Assembly: GCA_965199755.1 (NCBI GenBank)
Contig: CBDASZ010000002.1
Span: forward strand, 256,001-320,000
Origin: an uncultured candidatus Porisulfidus sp.
GTDB lineage: Bacteria; Pseudomonadota; Gammaproteobacteria; Poriferisulfidales; Poriferisulfidaceae
Reading direction: 5' to 3'
Length of the DNA: 64,000 bases
Shown here one piece after another: positions 50,091-63,747 of this stretch; positions within the stretch are counted from its first letter, which is position 1; each line of letters starts with the position of its first letter. A model generated the notes under the pieces. It did no database searches, was not told the DNA's origin, and was given only the letters and a program-made list of their open reading frames with translations. The position numbers and the translations under genes were made by a program.

Positions 50091-51081
50091 CGACAAACTC
50101 CGCTCGGGCCGGACGCGCCAGCAGTCCAGCGACCGCTTCAGCGGCCCCAAGGCTGCCCTCAAGCACGCGGTCCACCTGTACGCAAATGGGCAATTCCAGT
50201 TCTTGCGCTTCGCCCAGCCGACAAATCGCTCGCGCCGCATGCTGTCCTTCGGTCACGTGCTGGATGCGCTGATGCGCCTGCTCCAGCATGTGTCCTTCGC
50301 CAAGCAACTGACCCAAGTGGAAATTGCGCGAGTGTGCGCTCGCACACGACAAGGCGATATCGCCCAAACCTGAAAGGCCCGCCAGCGTCTCCGCACGTGC
50401 ACCCAGAGCCTCGCCCAGAACCATCAACTCGCGAATACCGCGCGTAATGAGCGCCGCGCGGGCGCTGTCGCCCAGCTTCAAGCCGCAGGCAATGCCGGCG
50501 GCGATGGCCAGAACATTCTTAACCGCCCCGCCCAACTGCACCCCTGCAATGTCGGTGCTTTCATAAAGGCGAAAGGCACCGTGATGAAACACTGAAGCCG
50601 CTTCACGCGCCTGCTGCGCGTCGCGCGCGGCCATCACCGCAGCCATCGGAGCGCCGCGGGCCAGATCATCTGCGAAAGTCGGCCCGGACAACAACGCGCC
50701 GCTGAAATCTGTCCCCCACACCCGCTCCAGAATCTCGGAAGGAAACGCGCCTGCATCCGGGTCCATGCCCTTGCAACTGAGAATCACACTGCCATCGGGA
50801 GGGCCGCCCAGGGCTTGCGCAAGTTCGGCGACTGCCGAGACCGGCGCAGCCCAGACACTCCAGTCACAGCCGGCCACACAGGACTCCAGATCCGCGATTA
50901 ACTGCACGGAATCCGGCACGCTGATGTCTGGTAGAGCGGTGTCGTTGCACCGGGTGTCGGCAATCTGCGCGAGGCGCTGCGGGTCGCGGCCCCACCAGCG
51001 CACTTCGTGCGCCTGCGTGCGCGCAATATGGGCGGTCAGCGCGGTTCCCCATGCGCCTTGTCCTAGAATCGAGATGATCAT
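50083..51081 (-). CDS. gpsA: NAD(P)H-dependent glycerol-3-phosphate dehydrogenase
   Basis: GQGAWGTAL, SGPTFA, GGAVKNV, GLGD, SRN motifs. Confidence 0.96.
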   Translation of the reverse strand: MIISILGQGAWGTALTAHIARTQAHEVRWWGRDPQRLAQIADTRCNDTALPDISVPDSVQLIADLESCVAGCDWSVWAAPVSAVAELAQALGGPPDGSVILSCKGMDPDAGAFPSEILERVWGTDFSGALLSGPTFADDLARGAPMAAVMAARDAQQAREAASVFHHGAFRLYESTDIAGVQLGGAVKNVLAIAAGIACGLKLGDSARAALITRGIRELMVLGEALGARAETLAGLSGLGDIALSCASAHSRNFHLGQLLGEGHMLEQAHQRIQHVTEGQHAARAICRLGEAQELELPICVQVDRVLEGSLGAAEAVAGLLARPARAEFVDG

Positions 51082-51091
51082 GCCGCGGGCG

Positions 51092-51562
51092 TCAGTGGCG
51101 AACCACTTTGTCCTGAATACTGTCCCACAGTTTCTTTTCGCGCTGCTCGGTGTGATACAGCGCGCCAAAATTGAGCGGCACCATCTGCAGGTTGTGAAAT
51201 CCCGCCATCACAGCCAGTTGTGAAATGGTCGCGCTCACATAAGGATACAGGGAATCGAGACAGCGGGTCATCAGCAATTCGTGCCCACGCTCATCGGACA
51301 GCCCCTGAATCAGAAACACGCCGATGTAGCACACTTCACATTCGAACAATTCATGCTCGCCATGCAGTCGCTTGATATTGACGGTCAGCGACACTGCGTG
51401 GCGGTCATTGCCGAGCGGCGTGGTTTTGTTGCTGATATGCGCCTTGGTTTCAACCTGACCGTTTTCCTTCGTCCCGAGCTCCGGCGACGTGCTGAACTCG
51501 GCGGAATTGAGGCGGATGCTGTCAATCGAGAAATTGACTGTCTCGTGATGCTCCCCAACCAT
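51092..51562 (-). CDS. secB: Protein export chaperone SecB (divergent)
   Basis: FECEV..GVF, C...LYPY, P.NF.ALY motifs. Lies between grxC and gpsA. Confidence 0.85.
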   Translation of the reverse strand: MVGEHHETVNFSIDSIRLNSAEFSTSPELGTKENGQVETKAHISNKTTPLGNDRHAVSLTVNIKRLHGEHELFECEVCYIGVFLIQGLSDERGHELLMTRCLDSLYPYVSATISQLAVMAGFHNLQMVPLNFGALYHTEQREKKLWDSIQDKVVRH

Positions 51563-51591
51563 CAGCCTGCATCTCCTTGCATACCCGGTCC

Positions 51592-51858
51592 TTAGGCGGC
51601 CGCCAGCAAATCGTCCAGTTTGCCGTCCATACTGAGTTCCGCCAGATCATCAAAGCCGCCCACGTGATAATCGCCAATAAAAATCTGCGGCACGCTGCGG
51701 CGGCCTTGCGCGCGCTCCACCATGACAGCCAACTGCTCGGTGTCCTGATCCACTCGAATCTCCTGATAGTCCGCGCCCTTGCGCTTGAGCAACTGCTTAG
51801 CCCGATCGCAATACGGGCAGATACCGGTCGTGTAGATGATGACTTCTCCCCCGCCCAT
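51592..51858 (-). CDS. grxC: Glutaredoxin 3
   Basis: CPYC, SVPQIFI, GGFDDL motifs. Confidence 0.96.
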   Translation of the reverse strand: MGGGEVIIYTTGICPYCDRAKQLLKRKGADYQEIRVDQDTEQLAVMVERAQGRRSVPQIFIGDYHVGGFDDLAELSMDGKLDDLLAAA

Positions 51859-52280
51859 CAGTCCGTCTCCAGAGGCATTCCCGCATGCCGCCACGCGCCC
51901 AGCCCCCCTTTCAGCACATAGACCTCTTCAAAGTCCTCGCGGGCCAACAGCCGACACGCTCGCTGTGATTGAATGCCATTGCCACAATAGACGATCACCG
52001 GCCCGCTCATGTCTTTCAACTCATCCATGCGCTCCGGCAACTGGGTCAGGGCAATGCGACGCGAATGCGGAATGCGCGCGCTGTGCGCGTCAGTGTCTTC
52101 CCGCACATCCAGCACCCAGGCCGAATCCCGATTGATCAAATGCACCGCCTGCGCCACGCGCGCTTCCTTGTAGCGACGGGTCACATGGCGGACTTCCCAA
52201 AACAGGATCATGGCGACCACCGCCGACACAGCCCCCATCAGAAACGGGTGGCGAGCCGCGAAATCCAGATATTCCTGCAT
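51858..52280 (-). CDS. Rhodanese-like membrane protein (YibN-like)
   Basis: N-terminal TM helix, LDVRE, VYCGNG, LKGGLGAW motifs. Confidence 0.92.
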   Translation of the reverse strand: MQEYLDFAARHPFLMGAVSAVVAMILFWEVRHVTRRYKEARVAQAVHLINRDSAWVLDVREDTDAHSARIPHSRRIALTQLPERMDELKDMSGPVIVYCGNGIQSQRACRLLAREDFEEVYVLKGGLGAWRHAGMPLETD

Positions 52281-52289
52281 GGCGAGGTC

Positions 52290-52616
52290 CTAATGATGCG
52301 CGCGGGAACAAAACATCATGCGCATCAGGTCCATTAACTGGATCATGCGCGGGTCGCGAATGCGATAGTAGATAGTATGCGCCTCGCGGCGCGTGGTGAG
52401 AATCCCGCTCTGGCGCAGAATGCTCAAATGCGAGGAAATGTTGGCCTGCGAGGTGCTGCATTCGCGGGCCAGATCCGACACCGACATCTCGCCGCTGCCG
52501 AGAATACACAGCACTTTCAGGCGAATAGGATGCGCCAGCCCCTTGATCGATTGGCAGGCTTGTTCGATGTCTTCATCCTGCGCGTGCAGGGAATCCGTTG
52601 CAGGCAGATTATCCAT
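52290..52616 (-). CDS. ArsR/SmtB family transcriptional regulator
   Basis: LAHPIRLKVLC, TSQANISSHL, IYYRI motifs and a C-terminal FC (BigR/SqrR-like Cys pattern). Confidence 0.92.
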   Translation of the reverse strand: MDNLPATDSLHAQDEDIEQACQSIKGLAHPIRLKVLCILGSGEMSVSDLARECSTSQANISSHLSILRQSGILTTRREAHTIYYRIRDPRMIQLMDLMRMMFCSRAHH

Positions 52617-52773
52617 GAGAGTGAATTTTACACCCTTGCTACTGCGCACAGGCGCAGCGAGCACTGCATGGCGGCATCGTTCCCGGCTCAAGAGCCCACC
52701 CCTCCTGTAGTAAACTCAACCTCAAAGCTTCCCGCCATTCGCAACACCCCTCACTGACGGACACTCTCCGATC

Positions 52774-53544
52774 ATGCCCGTCTCCATCAAGTCCCCTGAA
52801 GAAATCGAGAAAATGCGCGTCGCCGGGCGGCTGGCCGCGGAGGTGCTGGAAATGATCGCCGAACACGTCACCGTCGGCGTGACCACTGACCACCTCAATG
52901 ACATTTGCCACCGCTACATCACCGAAGAACAAGACGCTATTCCAGCGCCGCTGAACTATCTCGGCTTCCCTAAATCCATTTGCACTACCCTGAATCATCA
53001 GGTCTGCCACGGCATCCCCGGACCGCGACCCCTGCAACGCGGCGATATTCTCAACATTGACGTCACCGTCATCAAGGACGGCTATCACGGCGACACCAGC
53101 CGCATGTTCTTCCTCGACAAGCCCTCGGTGCAGGCGCGCCGTCTGGTTGACGCCACTTATGACGCCATGCACCAGGCGATTTGCGCTGTGCGCCCCGGCC
53201 TGAAGCTTGGCGATCTCGGCCACTCCATTCAGCATTTCGCCGAGACCCGGCACTACTCCGTGGTGCGCGAATATTGCGGCCACGGCATCGGGCGCGAATT
53301 TCACGAGGAACCGCAAATCCTGCACTACGGCGATCCCGGCACCGGACTCGCCCTGAAGACCGGCATGACATTCACCATCGAACCGATGATCAATGTCGGG
53401 GCCCGGCACGTCAAACTGATGCCGGATCAGTGGACCGTGGTGACGGCGGATCGTAGTTTATCAGCGCAGTGGGAGCACACCATTTTGGTCACCGAAGACG
53501 GCTTCGAGGTGCTGACCGCGCGCTCCGGCGAGAGTTTCCCGTGA
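52774..53544 (+). CDS. map: Methionine aminopeptidase type I
   Basis: VCHGIP, DVTV, GDTS, GHGIG..FHE, EPM, SAQWEHT motifs. Confidence 0.98.
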   Translation: MPVSIKSPEEIEKMRVAGRLAAEVLEMIAEHVTVGVTTDHLNDICHRYITEEQDAIPAPLNYLGFPKSICTTLNHQVCHGIPGPRPLQRGDILNIDVTVIKDGYHGDTSRMFFLDKPSVQARRLVDATYDAMHQAICAVRPGLKLGDLGHSIQHFAETRHYSVVREYCGHGIGREFHEEPQILHYGDPGTGLALKTGMTFTIEPMINVGARHVKLMPDQWTVVTADRSLSAQWEHTILVTEDGFEVLTARSGESFP

Positions 53545-56213
53545 ACGCCTCATTGAGCAGGGACTTGCTGCAGCGGTATCCGCCCCCTTCCGGTGTCGAA
53601 CCCGGAGCCTGGAAGGTCTGGCTGAACGCCCTGCATGAGGATCTGTCCGGGCAGTTCGACACACAGGATATCGCGACTCTGATCACCGCGCGCGCCGAAC
53701 TTATCGATCATGCGCTGCAACAGTTGTGGCAGGCGCACCAGTTGCATGACACCAACCGTCTGGCGTTGCTGGCGGTGGGCGGTTACGGCCGCGGTGAACT
53801 GCACCCCTACTCTGACATCGACATTCTGGCCGTGCATGACGGACACATTGATCTGGAGGTGCTGACGCCGTTTTTCCAGACGCTGTGGGACAGCGGGCTG
53901 AAACTCTCGCAAAGCGTACGTACCCCGCAGCAATGCCGCGCCGACGCACGAGATGATATCGGCCTGATGACCAGCTGGATGGAACGGCGTTTCCTGTGCG
54001 GTTCGACGGCATTGAACGACGACGTGAATCGCAAACTGACCCACCATGGCGGAGCCTTTCGCGCCGCCTTGTGGGAGCCGAAGAAATTTTTCTACGGCAA
54101 GGTCGAGGAACGTGAGCAGCGGCACGCGCAATTCGGCGGCGGCGCGTATCTGCTGGAACCCAACCTGAAAGAAGGCCCCGGCGGCTTGCGCGACATTCAA
54201 ACGGTGCACTGGATCTTGCAGCGCCACGACCACATCACTGATGCCGCGGCCTTTTGCGACGCGCAGGAGTTGGCCGTGCTGAATGACGGGCGCGAGTTCC
54301 TGTGGCGCACGCGCTTTGCACTGCATGACCTCAGCGGACACGCCGAGGAACGCTTGCATTTCGGCAACCAGCATCAGGTCGCCCAGCGACTTGGCTACAA
54401 CGGCACCAATGTCAATGAGACCATCGAGGCCTTCATGCAGGATTACTACCGCACCACCAGCGAGGTAGACCGTCTGAGCGAAGTGCTGGTGCAGCAATAT
54501 CGAGAGCAGTTGCAGCCGGCCACGCGCTACGCGCCGCAGCCCTTCAATGACTGCTTTCAGATTCTGGACGGCTATCTGGAGACGCGCGCTGAGGATTCCT
54601 TCGAGCGCCACCCGGAAGGACTGCTGGAGTTGTTTTTGATCCTGCAGCAGGCCCCCCATATTCAAGGCGTGCGCGCCCACACCATCCGCGCTGTTCGCGC
54701 GCACCTGTCATTGATTGACGATGCGTTTCGCAGTGCGCCGCGACACCGACAGATATTTCTTGAGATTTTGCGCCAGAAGCAGCACGTCGCCCGCGAGATG
54801 CGGCGGATGCACCGCTACGGCGTGCTGGCCGCCTACTGGCCGGACTTCGCTCGCATCACCGGCAAGGTGCAGCACGATCTGTTCCACATCTATCCGGTCG
54901 ATGAGCACATCCTGCAGGTGCTGACGGAAATGCGCCGCATCGCGCGCTCAGGCGACCCTCAATACGCCCTGTTCGAGCAACTGTTTCTGCAATTCCCCAA
55001 ACCGGAACTGCTGTATCTCGCCGCGCTGTTTCACGACATTGGCAAGGGCCGCGGTGGCGATCATTCCACGCTGGGAGCCGAAGACGCGCAGACCTTCTGC
55101 CTTGAACACGGACTCAGCGAATACGACGCCGGCATCGTGCGCTGGCTGGTACAGCACCACCTGTTGATGTCGATGACCGCGCAAAAGCGTGATACCAGCG
55201 ACCCTGAAGTGATTCGAGAGTTCGCCGATCAGGTTGGCAACGGCGTGCGTCTGCGCGGATTGTTCTTGCTGACGGTGGCGGACTTGCGCGGCACCAACCC
55301 AAGCCTCTGGACACCGTGGCGTGAATCTCTGCTGTACCAGTTGTATCGCGCCACCAACCGCCAGTTGCAGCGCGGCAGTGAGCAGATCGCCAACAGCGAA
55401 CAGCGACTGAACGAACTCAAGGCCTCGGCCATGAAACGTCTGCCGCAACATAGTGCCGAGGCGGCGAAACTTTTGTGGGACACCATGCCCACACACAATT
55501 TGCTGCACTACACGGACAACGAACTGGCGTGGCAGACCGAGTGCATCCTGAGCTGCGCCCCCGACAGTGAAACCCAGGTGTTCGTGCGCCATCAGGGCTC
55601 GCATCACTGCACTGAGATTCTGGTGTACGACCAACACCACGGCGACTTGTTCGTGCCGATCACGGCTACTTTGGCGCGACTGGCGGCCAACGTCCTGTAC
55701 GCGCGCATCACCGAAACCCGACAACAGCACATCCTGCACACCTTTTTGGTCACCGACCCCGAAGGCTTGCCGATCAGTGAAGGTGCGGCTCTGACAGAAC
55801 TTCGCGAACGACTGCAGCGCGCCGTGCGCGCACCATCAGACTCCCGACGCCCGGTGCGGTTGCGCCCGAGATTGCAGACCGAACACTTCCAGGTTCCGAC
55901 TGAAGTCGAGTTCGTGCAGCAGGAACAGCCACCTGAGACGCGCTTGCATTTGAGCACCACGGATCACCCCGGCCTGCTGTGGACCATCAGTTGCGCGCTG
56001 GAGGAATGCGGCGTGCATATTCAACAGGCGCGCATCACCACGCTCGGCGCACAGGCACAAGACGCCTTCGTCATCACCGACGCCTCATCCCAGCAGCCAA
56101 TCACGCACGCGCAAACGCTCAACAAGATTGAAGATAGTTTGCAGGCACGCATCAGGCAGTTGCAAGACAGCCACAATGCCACGGCACCGGAAACTGAGCC
56201 GGAAGCCGCCTGA
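53541..56213 (+). CDS. glnD: [Protein-PII] uridylyltransferase
   Basis: AVGGYGRGELHPYSDID, EPNLKEGPGGLRD, HD domain (HDIGKG), two ACT domains. GTG start overlaps the map stop. Confidence 0.96.
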   Translation: MNASLSRDLLQRYPPPSGVEPGAWKVWLNALHEDLSGQFDTQDIATLITARAELIDHALQQLWQAHQLHDTNRLALLAVGGYGRGELHPYSDIDILAVHDGHIDLEVLTPFFQTLWDSGLKLSQSVRTPQQCRADARDDIGLMTSWMERRFLCGSTALNDDVNRKLTHHGGAFRAALWEPKKFFYGKVEEREQRHAQFGGGAYLLEPNLKEGPGGLRDIQTVHWILQRHDHITDAAAFCDAQELAVLNDGREFLWRTRFALHDLSGHAEERLHFGNQHQVAQRLGYNGTNVNETIEAFMQDYYRTTSEVDRLSEVLVQQYREQLQPATRYAPQPFNDCFQILDGYLETRAEDSFERHPEGLLELFLILQQAPHIQGVRAHTIRAVRAHLSLIDDAFRSAPRHRQIFLEILRQKQHVAREMRRMHRYGVLAAYWPDFARITGKVQHDLFHIYPVDEHILQVLTEMRRIARSGDPQYALFEQLFLQFPKPELLYLAALFHDIGKGRGGDHSTLGAEDAQTFCLEHGLSEYDAGIVRWLVQHHLLMSMTAQKRDTSDPEVIREFADQVGNGVRLRGLFLLTVADLRGTNPSLWTPWRESLLYQLYRATNRQLQRGSEQIANSEQRLNELKASAMKRLPQHSAEAAKLLWDTMPTHNLLHYTDNELAWQTECILSCAPDSETQVFVRHQGSHHCTEILVYDQHHGDLFVPITATLARLAANVLYARITETRQQHILHTFLVTDPEGLPISEGAALTELRERLQRAVRAPSDSRRPVRLRPRLQTEHFQVPTEVEFVQQEQPPETRLHLSTTDHPGLLWTISCALEECGVHIQQARITTLGAQAQDAFVITDASSQQPITHAQTLNKIEDSLQARIRQLQDSHNATAPETEPEAA

Positions 56214-56255
56214 CGCCACATTAGAATAAAGGTCAATGAAAATCGGTTGCCTCTG

Positions 56256-58850
56256 ATGCCCTCATCCCAACCCCAGCATACCCCGGTCATGCGGCGCTAT
56301 CTGGAGTTGAAAGCACAACACCCGGAGCATTTGCTGCTCTACCGCATGGGGGATTTCTATGAGCTGTTCTATGAGGACGCGCAGGAAGCCGCGCAACTGC
56401 TCGACATCGCGCTGACCGAACGCGGACGCTCCGCCAACAAGCCGATTCCGATGGCCGGCGTGCCGGTGGGCGCCGTCGACACCTATCTCGCCAAACTCAC
56501 CCGCCTCGGCAAGTCCGCCGTGGTCTGCGAACAGGTCGGTGAAAGCCCGGATGGCCGCGGCCCGATGGAGCGCGAGGTGGCGCGCATCATCACACCCGGC
56601 ACCCTGATTGAAGAAGAACTGCTAGAGGCCGGACAGGATACGCTGTTGGCGGCACTGTGGCTGCAGGAACCATTCGGATGCGCCACGCTGAACCTCAGTT
56701 CCGGCAGGCTGCGCACCATGCAACTGGAGAGCCGTGAGGATCTGTACGCGGAACTGGAGCGCTTGCGCCCGGCCGAGATCCTCTATCCGGAGACCGCCAC
56801 GCCGCTGGACTTCAGCGCCACACACTGGCAGCCGCTAAGCGACTGGCATTTTGATGCGGAGGCGGCGACCCGCCTGCTGTGTGAGCAGTTCGAAGTGCGC
56901 GATCTGTCGGGCTTCGATTGTGATGACGCCCCCGCCGCCATCAGCGCGGCAGGCGCTCTGATCTATTACGCGCAGGAAACCCAGCGCGCCGCGCTGCCAC
57001 ACATCAACAGCATGCAGCGCGAGCGCCGTGAACGCTATATCACTCTGGACGCGGCGACACGCCGCAACCTGGAACTGGAACGTAGTTCCTCCGGTCAAAC
57101 CAAACACAGCCTGATCGGGGCACTGGACCAAACCGTCACTGCCATGGGCCGGCGCTGTCTGGGCCGCTGGGTCAACACCCCCTTGCGCGACCGCGAGGCC
57201 CTGATCGCGCGCCATCGCATCGTGTCCGAATTGCGCGACAGTCCGCAACTGAACTCCCTGCGCGAACAGTTGCGCAAAAGTTTTGATATCGAGCGCGTGA
57301 TCGCGCGCATCGCGCTGCGCTCCGCGTCGCCCCGGGATTTGCACGGACTCGGCGAGACGCTGGCGCAACTGCCGACACTGCGGACGCTGCTGCAATCACT
57401 GGAAAGCCCGGAATGGGAGCCGTATCACATGGCGCTGCAGCATGACGCAGCGATTGAAGAGTATCTGCGCCGTGCGTTAAACCCACCGCCGCTGCCACCA
57501 TCGATTCGCGACGGCGGGGCCATCGCAGCCGGATTCGATGCTGAACTCGACGAGTTGCGCGTGTTGGCGTCCGGCTCTGAAGAGCAACTGCTGCGTATGG
57601 AAGAGCAAGAGCGTGAGAGCAGTGGCATCGCGCAGTTGAAAATCTCTTACAACCGCGTGCACGGCTACTATATTGAGTTGCCGCGTCACTGCGCTGATCG
57701 TGCGCCAGAGCATTATCGCCGCCGCCAGACACTGAAAAATGTAGAGCGCTATCTCACGCCGGAACTCAAGGAGTTCGAAGATCGCATCCTGAGTGCGCAA
57801 AGCAAGATGCTGGAGCGGGAAAAGCAGTTGTATCAGGAATTGCTGGCGTACCTGATGCCGCATCTCGACGCCTTTAGAAGGCACGCCGAAGCGCTGGCGG
57901 AACTGGATGTGCTGGCCTGCTTCGCCGAGGGCGCGAGACGCCATCAGTACTGCACGCCGGAGCTGGTCGAAGAGCCGGGCATCCACATTGAGGCCGGGCG
58001 TCATCCCGTGCTCGAACAGATTCTTGACGAACCCTTTGTGCCAAATGATGCGCTGTTGTCCGAACAGCGGCGGCTGCTGCTCATCACCGGGCCCAACATG
58101 GGCGGCAAATCCACCTACATGCGCCAGATCGCCTTGATTGTGCTGATGGCTTGCATTGGCAGCCATGTGCCGGCGCAGGTTGCGCGAATTGGTCCGATCG
58201 ACCGTATCTTCACCCGCATCGGCGCGGCCGATGACCTGGCATCCGGGCGTTCCACATTCATGGTGGAAATGACCGAAGCGGCCAGCATTTTGCATCACGC
58301 CACCGATTCCAGTCTGGTGTTAATGGACGAGATCGGCCGCGGCACCAGCACCTTTGACGGCTTGGCGCTGGCGTTGAGTTGCGCGGAGCACCTTGCGGCC
58401 AAAAACCGCGCATTGTGTCTGTTCGCGACGCATTATTTTGAACTGACGCAACTGGCGGATTGTCACAACGGCATCGTCAACCTGCATCTCGACGCCAGTT
58501 TGCACGGGCAGCAAATTGCGTTCCTGCACAGCGTGCGGGAAGGCCCGGCCAGCCAGAGTTACGGCCTGCAAGTCGCGCAACTGGCCGGCATTCCGGTGCC
58601 GGTAGTGGAACGGGCGCGCGAGTACTTGCGCGAGCTGGAAGATGACAGCACCGGGCGCTGGTCGAGGGACGCCACGCAAACCGATATGTTCGCCCGATCA
58701 AAGAAGACCGCCACTCCGACCACGACTGCGACCGAGACCGAGCGGCGCCTGCGTGCCCTCAAACCGGATCAGTTGTCGCCCAAGGAAGCGCTGGATCTAC
58801 TGTACGAACTCAAGGAACTTCAGGTCCGCAAGTCAGACAAGGACGCATGA
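56256..58850 (+). CDS. mutS: DNA mismatch repair protein MutS
   Basis: [39 protein letters not shown] motifs. Confidence 0.98.
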   Translation: MPSSQPQHTPVMRRYLELKAQHPEHLLLYRMGDFYELFYEDAQEAAQLLDIALTERGRSANKPIPMAGVPVGAVDTYLAKLTRLGKSAVVCEQVGESPDGRGPMEREVARIITPGTLIEEELLEAGQDTLLAALWLQEPFGCATLNLSSGRLRTMQLESREDLYAELERLRPAEILYPETATPLDFSATHWQPLSDWHFDAEAATRLLCEQFEVRDLSGFDCDDAPAAISAAGALIYYAQETQRAALPHINSMQRERRERYITLDAATRRNLELERSSSGQTKHSLIGALDQTVTAMGRRCLGRWVNTPLRDREALIARHRIVSELRDSPQLNSLREQLRKSFDIERVIARIALRSASPRDLHGLGETLAQLPTLRTLLQSLESPEWEPYHMALQHDAAIEEYLRRALNPPPLPPSIRDGGAIAAGFDAELDELRVLASGSEEQLLRMEEQERESSGIAQLKISYNRVHGYYIELPRHCADRAPEHYRRRQTLKNVERYLTPELKEFEDRILSAQSKMLEREKQLYQELLAYLMPHLDAFRRHAEALAELDVLACFAEGARRHQYCTPELVEEPGIHIEAGRHPVLEQILDEPFVPNDALLSEQRRLLLITGPNMGGKSTYMRQIALIVLMACIGSHVPAQVARIGPIDRIFTRIGAADDLASGRSTFMVEMTEAASILHHATDSSLVLMDEIGRGTSTFDGLALALSCAEHLAAKNRALCLFATHYFELTQLADCHNGIVNLHLDASLHGQQIAFLHSVREGPASQSYGLQVAQLAGIPVPVVERAREYLRELEDDSTGRWSRDATQTDMFARSKKTATPTTTATETERRLRALKPDQLSPKEALDLLYELKELQVRKSDKDA

Positions 58851-61084
58851 GTGATCCCAGCATTGGACGCCGCATTCTGAGGCAGTTGACGGCTCCGGCG
58901 CGACAGTTGTACCGCAATTTGCAGCAAGGCCCAGCGCGGCTGCCGGAAGAACTGATAGAACAAGGCCCGCGGGTGCGGGCCAGCGCGCAATTCGGTGGCA
59001 TGGGGGAGCGCGAATTGCAGTTGCGCATGGAGCAGATCGTCGAGCGCATCCTGTCGTCGCGCCACAGCGTCATGGAGCCCGCGAAACAACTGGCAGCCTT
59101 CAATCATGTGGAACAGCAGCGCTTTCTGAAGTCGGCACAAACGCTGTGCGAATCCAACGCCGAACTGGCCTATCAGTTTTTTCACTTCGGCGTCCCGTCC
59201 CTGCGCGACATTGATGAGCAGTATTGGGAAGGCTGGGAAGGTCATCTGTGTGAGTGCTTCGATCGCCAAGGCGTTCAGGGTGCCATTGAGGCCATGCAGC
59301 AGGTGGAGAGCTACTTGCAACGCATTTTGGGCACCCCGCAGACTGTGCGACTCGAAGATATCGAATCACTGATTGAATCGCTATTGATTGGTTTTGGCGG
59401 GCGGGCGCTCAAGGTCGATGTGGCACAGGCGGGCATACCGTGGACCGATACCGAGTGCGTGTATCTCCCGGAACGCATCGAATGCGCCACCACCCGCGAG
59501 GAGAACTTCGATTTGTTCAAGGCAGCCACCGCCCATCTGTGGGCGCAAGCCCGCTACGGCACCTATCGCATTCCCGCACAATCCTGGTCGGCATACGACA
59601 GTCCCAGACACGCGCGGACACTGTACTGCGCTTTGGAGACCCTGCGTCTTGATGCCCGCCTGCAGCGGGATCTGCCAGGTATTGGGCGCATTCTGGCGCA
59701 GCACAATCCGCACGCCGCATGGAGCAATCTCTCCGAACCGTGGGCGCGCGCAGTGCGCGAACTGCGCAACCCGAAAGCGCGCGCGGAAGATTCCATGCGT
59801 CTGCTTCAGTCGGTGTACGTGGAATCTGCGAAACTTCCAGACGTCGCCTACCGAAGCGTCCTGCAGCCGGAACTGGCGGCCAACGTCATGGCCACACGCA
59901 TTGGGGATGAGCGCCAGCAACTGGCCGCGGCCCTGATGGAGTTAAGCAAGGAACTTGAGGCCCGGCGCGACTCAGAAGAAGAGACCCGCTTCACCATGCG
60001 CCCGCGCGACGGCTACATGGCAGATGAGTTCGCCTTCACGCTGGAGGTCGACGGCGAGGCCGTCACCCCGACCCCTGACGTACAACAGTTGCTGGAATCA
60101 ATCCTGCAGGATCTCGGCGAGATCCCTGATGAGTATCTTGAGCCTGCCGGTGCCGGTGCCTACGATGCCGAGACGGATGCCGCCGAAGCCGAGGCCGCGG
60201 GCGGACACGGGACCCCGGATTATGTCTACCCTGAATGGGATCATTCCCGGCAGAAATACCGCCCGGACTGGTGCCACATCTACGAACGCCCCATCACCGG
60301 CAGCAGTGAAGCATTTGTGCAGCAGGTTCAAGAGCGCCATCACCGCTTGCTCGACGGATTGCGGCGCACGTTTGAAGCCCTGCGCGACGAGGAAAAATGG
60401 ATGCGGCATGAACCCCATGGCGACGAGCTGGACCTCAACAGTTTCGTGTCCGCCTACATTGACGCGCAACGTGGTGAGGAAATGGACGAGCGCCTATTCG
60501 CGCGGCGCAAGAAAATGGATCGCGACATCGCGGTGATGTTTCTGGTCGATATGAGCGGCTCCACTTCAGGCTGGATTAATGATCTGGTGCGCGAGTCTTT
60601 GGTGCTGCTGTGCAGCGCGCTTGAGACGCTGGGGGATCGTTATGCGATTTACGGATTTTCCGGGCGCACGCACCGCAACTGTGAGTTGTATCCGATCAAG
60701 ACCCTGCGGGAGCCTTACAACGCCGACGTGCGCCAGCGCATCAGCGGCATCACGCCGCGTGACTACACGCGCATGGGCGTGATGATTCGGCACTTGACGC
60801 AGTTGCTGAAGGAGGCCGAGGCACGCACCCGGCTACTGATTACGCTGTCCGACGGCAAGCCGGATGATCAGGACGGCTATCGCGGCCGCTACGGCATTGA
60901 AGACACCCGCCAAGCGCTCAATGAAGCGCGCAATTTGGGCATTCGCTCATACTGCGTTACGATAGACGAGGCAGGCATGGAGTATCTGCCGCATATGTAC
61001 GGAGCCTCCAACTTCGCAGTGGTCAACCAGATCGCGAAACTGCCCCTTAAAGTCTCGGATATCTACCGCCGCCTGACCTTATGA
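58847..61084 (+). CDS. NorD/CbbO-type VWA domain protein
   Basis: [49 protein letters not shown] motifs. Confidence 0.9.
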   Translation: MSDPSIGRRILRQLTAPARQLYRNLQQGPARLPEELIEQGPRVRASAQFGGMGERELQLRMEQIVERILSSRHSVMEPAKQLAAFNHVEQQRFLKSAQTLCESNAELAYQFFHFGVPSLRDIDEQYWEGWEGHLCECFDRQGVQGAIEAMQQVESYLQRILGTPQTVRLEDIESLIESLLIGFGGRALKVDVAQAGIPWTDTECVYLPERIECATTREENFDLFKAATAHLWAQARYGTYRIPAQSWSAYDSPRHARTLYCALETLRLDARLQRDLPGIGRILAQHNPHAAWSNLSEPWARAVRELRNPKARAEDSMRLLQSVYVESAKLPDVAYRSVLQPELAANVMATRIGDERQQLAAALMELSKELEARRDSEEETRFTMRPRDGYMADEFAFTLEVDGEAVTPTPDVQQLLESILQDLGEIPDEYLEPAGAGAYDAETDAAEAEAAGGHGTPDYVYPEWDHSRQKYRPDWCHIYERPITGSSEAFVQQVQERHHRLLDGLRRTFEALRDEEKWMRHEPHGDELDLNSFVSAYIDAQRGEEMDERLFARRKKMDRDIAVMFLVDMSGSTSGWINDLVRESLVLLCSALETLGDRYAIYGFSGRTHRNCELYPIKTLREPYNADVRQRISGITPRDYTRMGVMIRHLTQLLKEAEARTRLLITLSDGKPDDQDGYRGRYGIEDTRQALNEARNLGIRSYCVTIDEAGMEYLPHMYGASNFAVVNQIAKLPLKVSDIYRRLTL

Positions 61085-61797
61085 CTGGACCGGCCCAGAC
61101 CTTGCCGATGCTGGCACTCATCGCCCTCCTAGCGACAGCCTGCGGTGCCCAGAACGTCCCCGCGGGCATCAAGGGATTCGCCAAAAGCGACGTCGATTAC
61201 CTGCTTGACAAGCATCTGCACAACACCGAAGACAATTTGCTGCTGCTGATGGAGGAGTTGTACCGGCTGAACCCGGAACAACTGGCCAAAACTCCTGATG
61301 CGACCGTCGCCAAGCGCACAGCGTTGCTGCTACCGAACCGTTCCTACGACGAATTGCGTTTCGATGAGATCAACGGACACCGCGGCCGTGGCGCGATCCG
61401 ACTGGCGTTCCACCCCCGTTTCAAAGGCGACCGGGTCTTCACCTTGATGATCGGACTGGTCAGCCAAATGCGCATTGCCTACAACGATCAGCTGGAATTT
61501 TTCATGTTTGATCAGGTGCACGCGAAGAATCTGAGCGTGTTTCGCACCAATCTGGAAGTGGTCGGCCTGAGCCTGCAGCGCCAAACCGGAAAGGACGGTG
61601 CTCCGTTGCTGCGCTTCAAGCCGCAGCGCACCACCGCCGACGCCAAGCAGTTGCAGCCGCCCGGCGTCCTGCAGATTCTCGAGCGCACGGTCGGCCAGTT
61701 GCAGGTGCTGATTGACATCGGAGACGACGAACGGCGCACCACCGCCGGTGCGACTCGCACCGCCACCATGCTGTTGCTACCCCTGCCCATCCCATAA
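61081..61797 (+). CDS. Hypothetical lipoprotein
   Basis: Hydrophobic signal with ATAC lipobox. Start overlaps the VWA gene stop. Confidence 0.75.
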   Translation: MTGPAQTLPMLALIALLATACGAQNVPAGIKGFAKSDVDYLLDKHLHNTEDNLLLLMEELYRLNPEQLAKTPDATVAKRTALLLPNRSYDELRFDEINGHRGRGAIRLAFHPRFKGDRVFTLMIGLVSQMRIAYNDQLEFFMFDQVHAKNLSVFRTNLEVVGLSLQRQTGKDGAPLLRFKPQRTTADAKQLQPPGVLQILERTVGQLQVLIDIGDDERRTTAGATRTATMLLLPLPIP

Positions 61798-61810
61798 GGA
61801 ACCGATAAAA

Positions 61811-63709
<1,899 letters not shown>

Positions 63710-63747
63710 AGTTCACGCGCCTCCGTCATTGCGCTGCGCCTTGGAAA

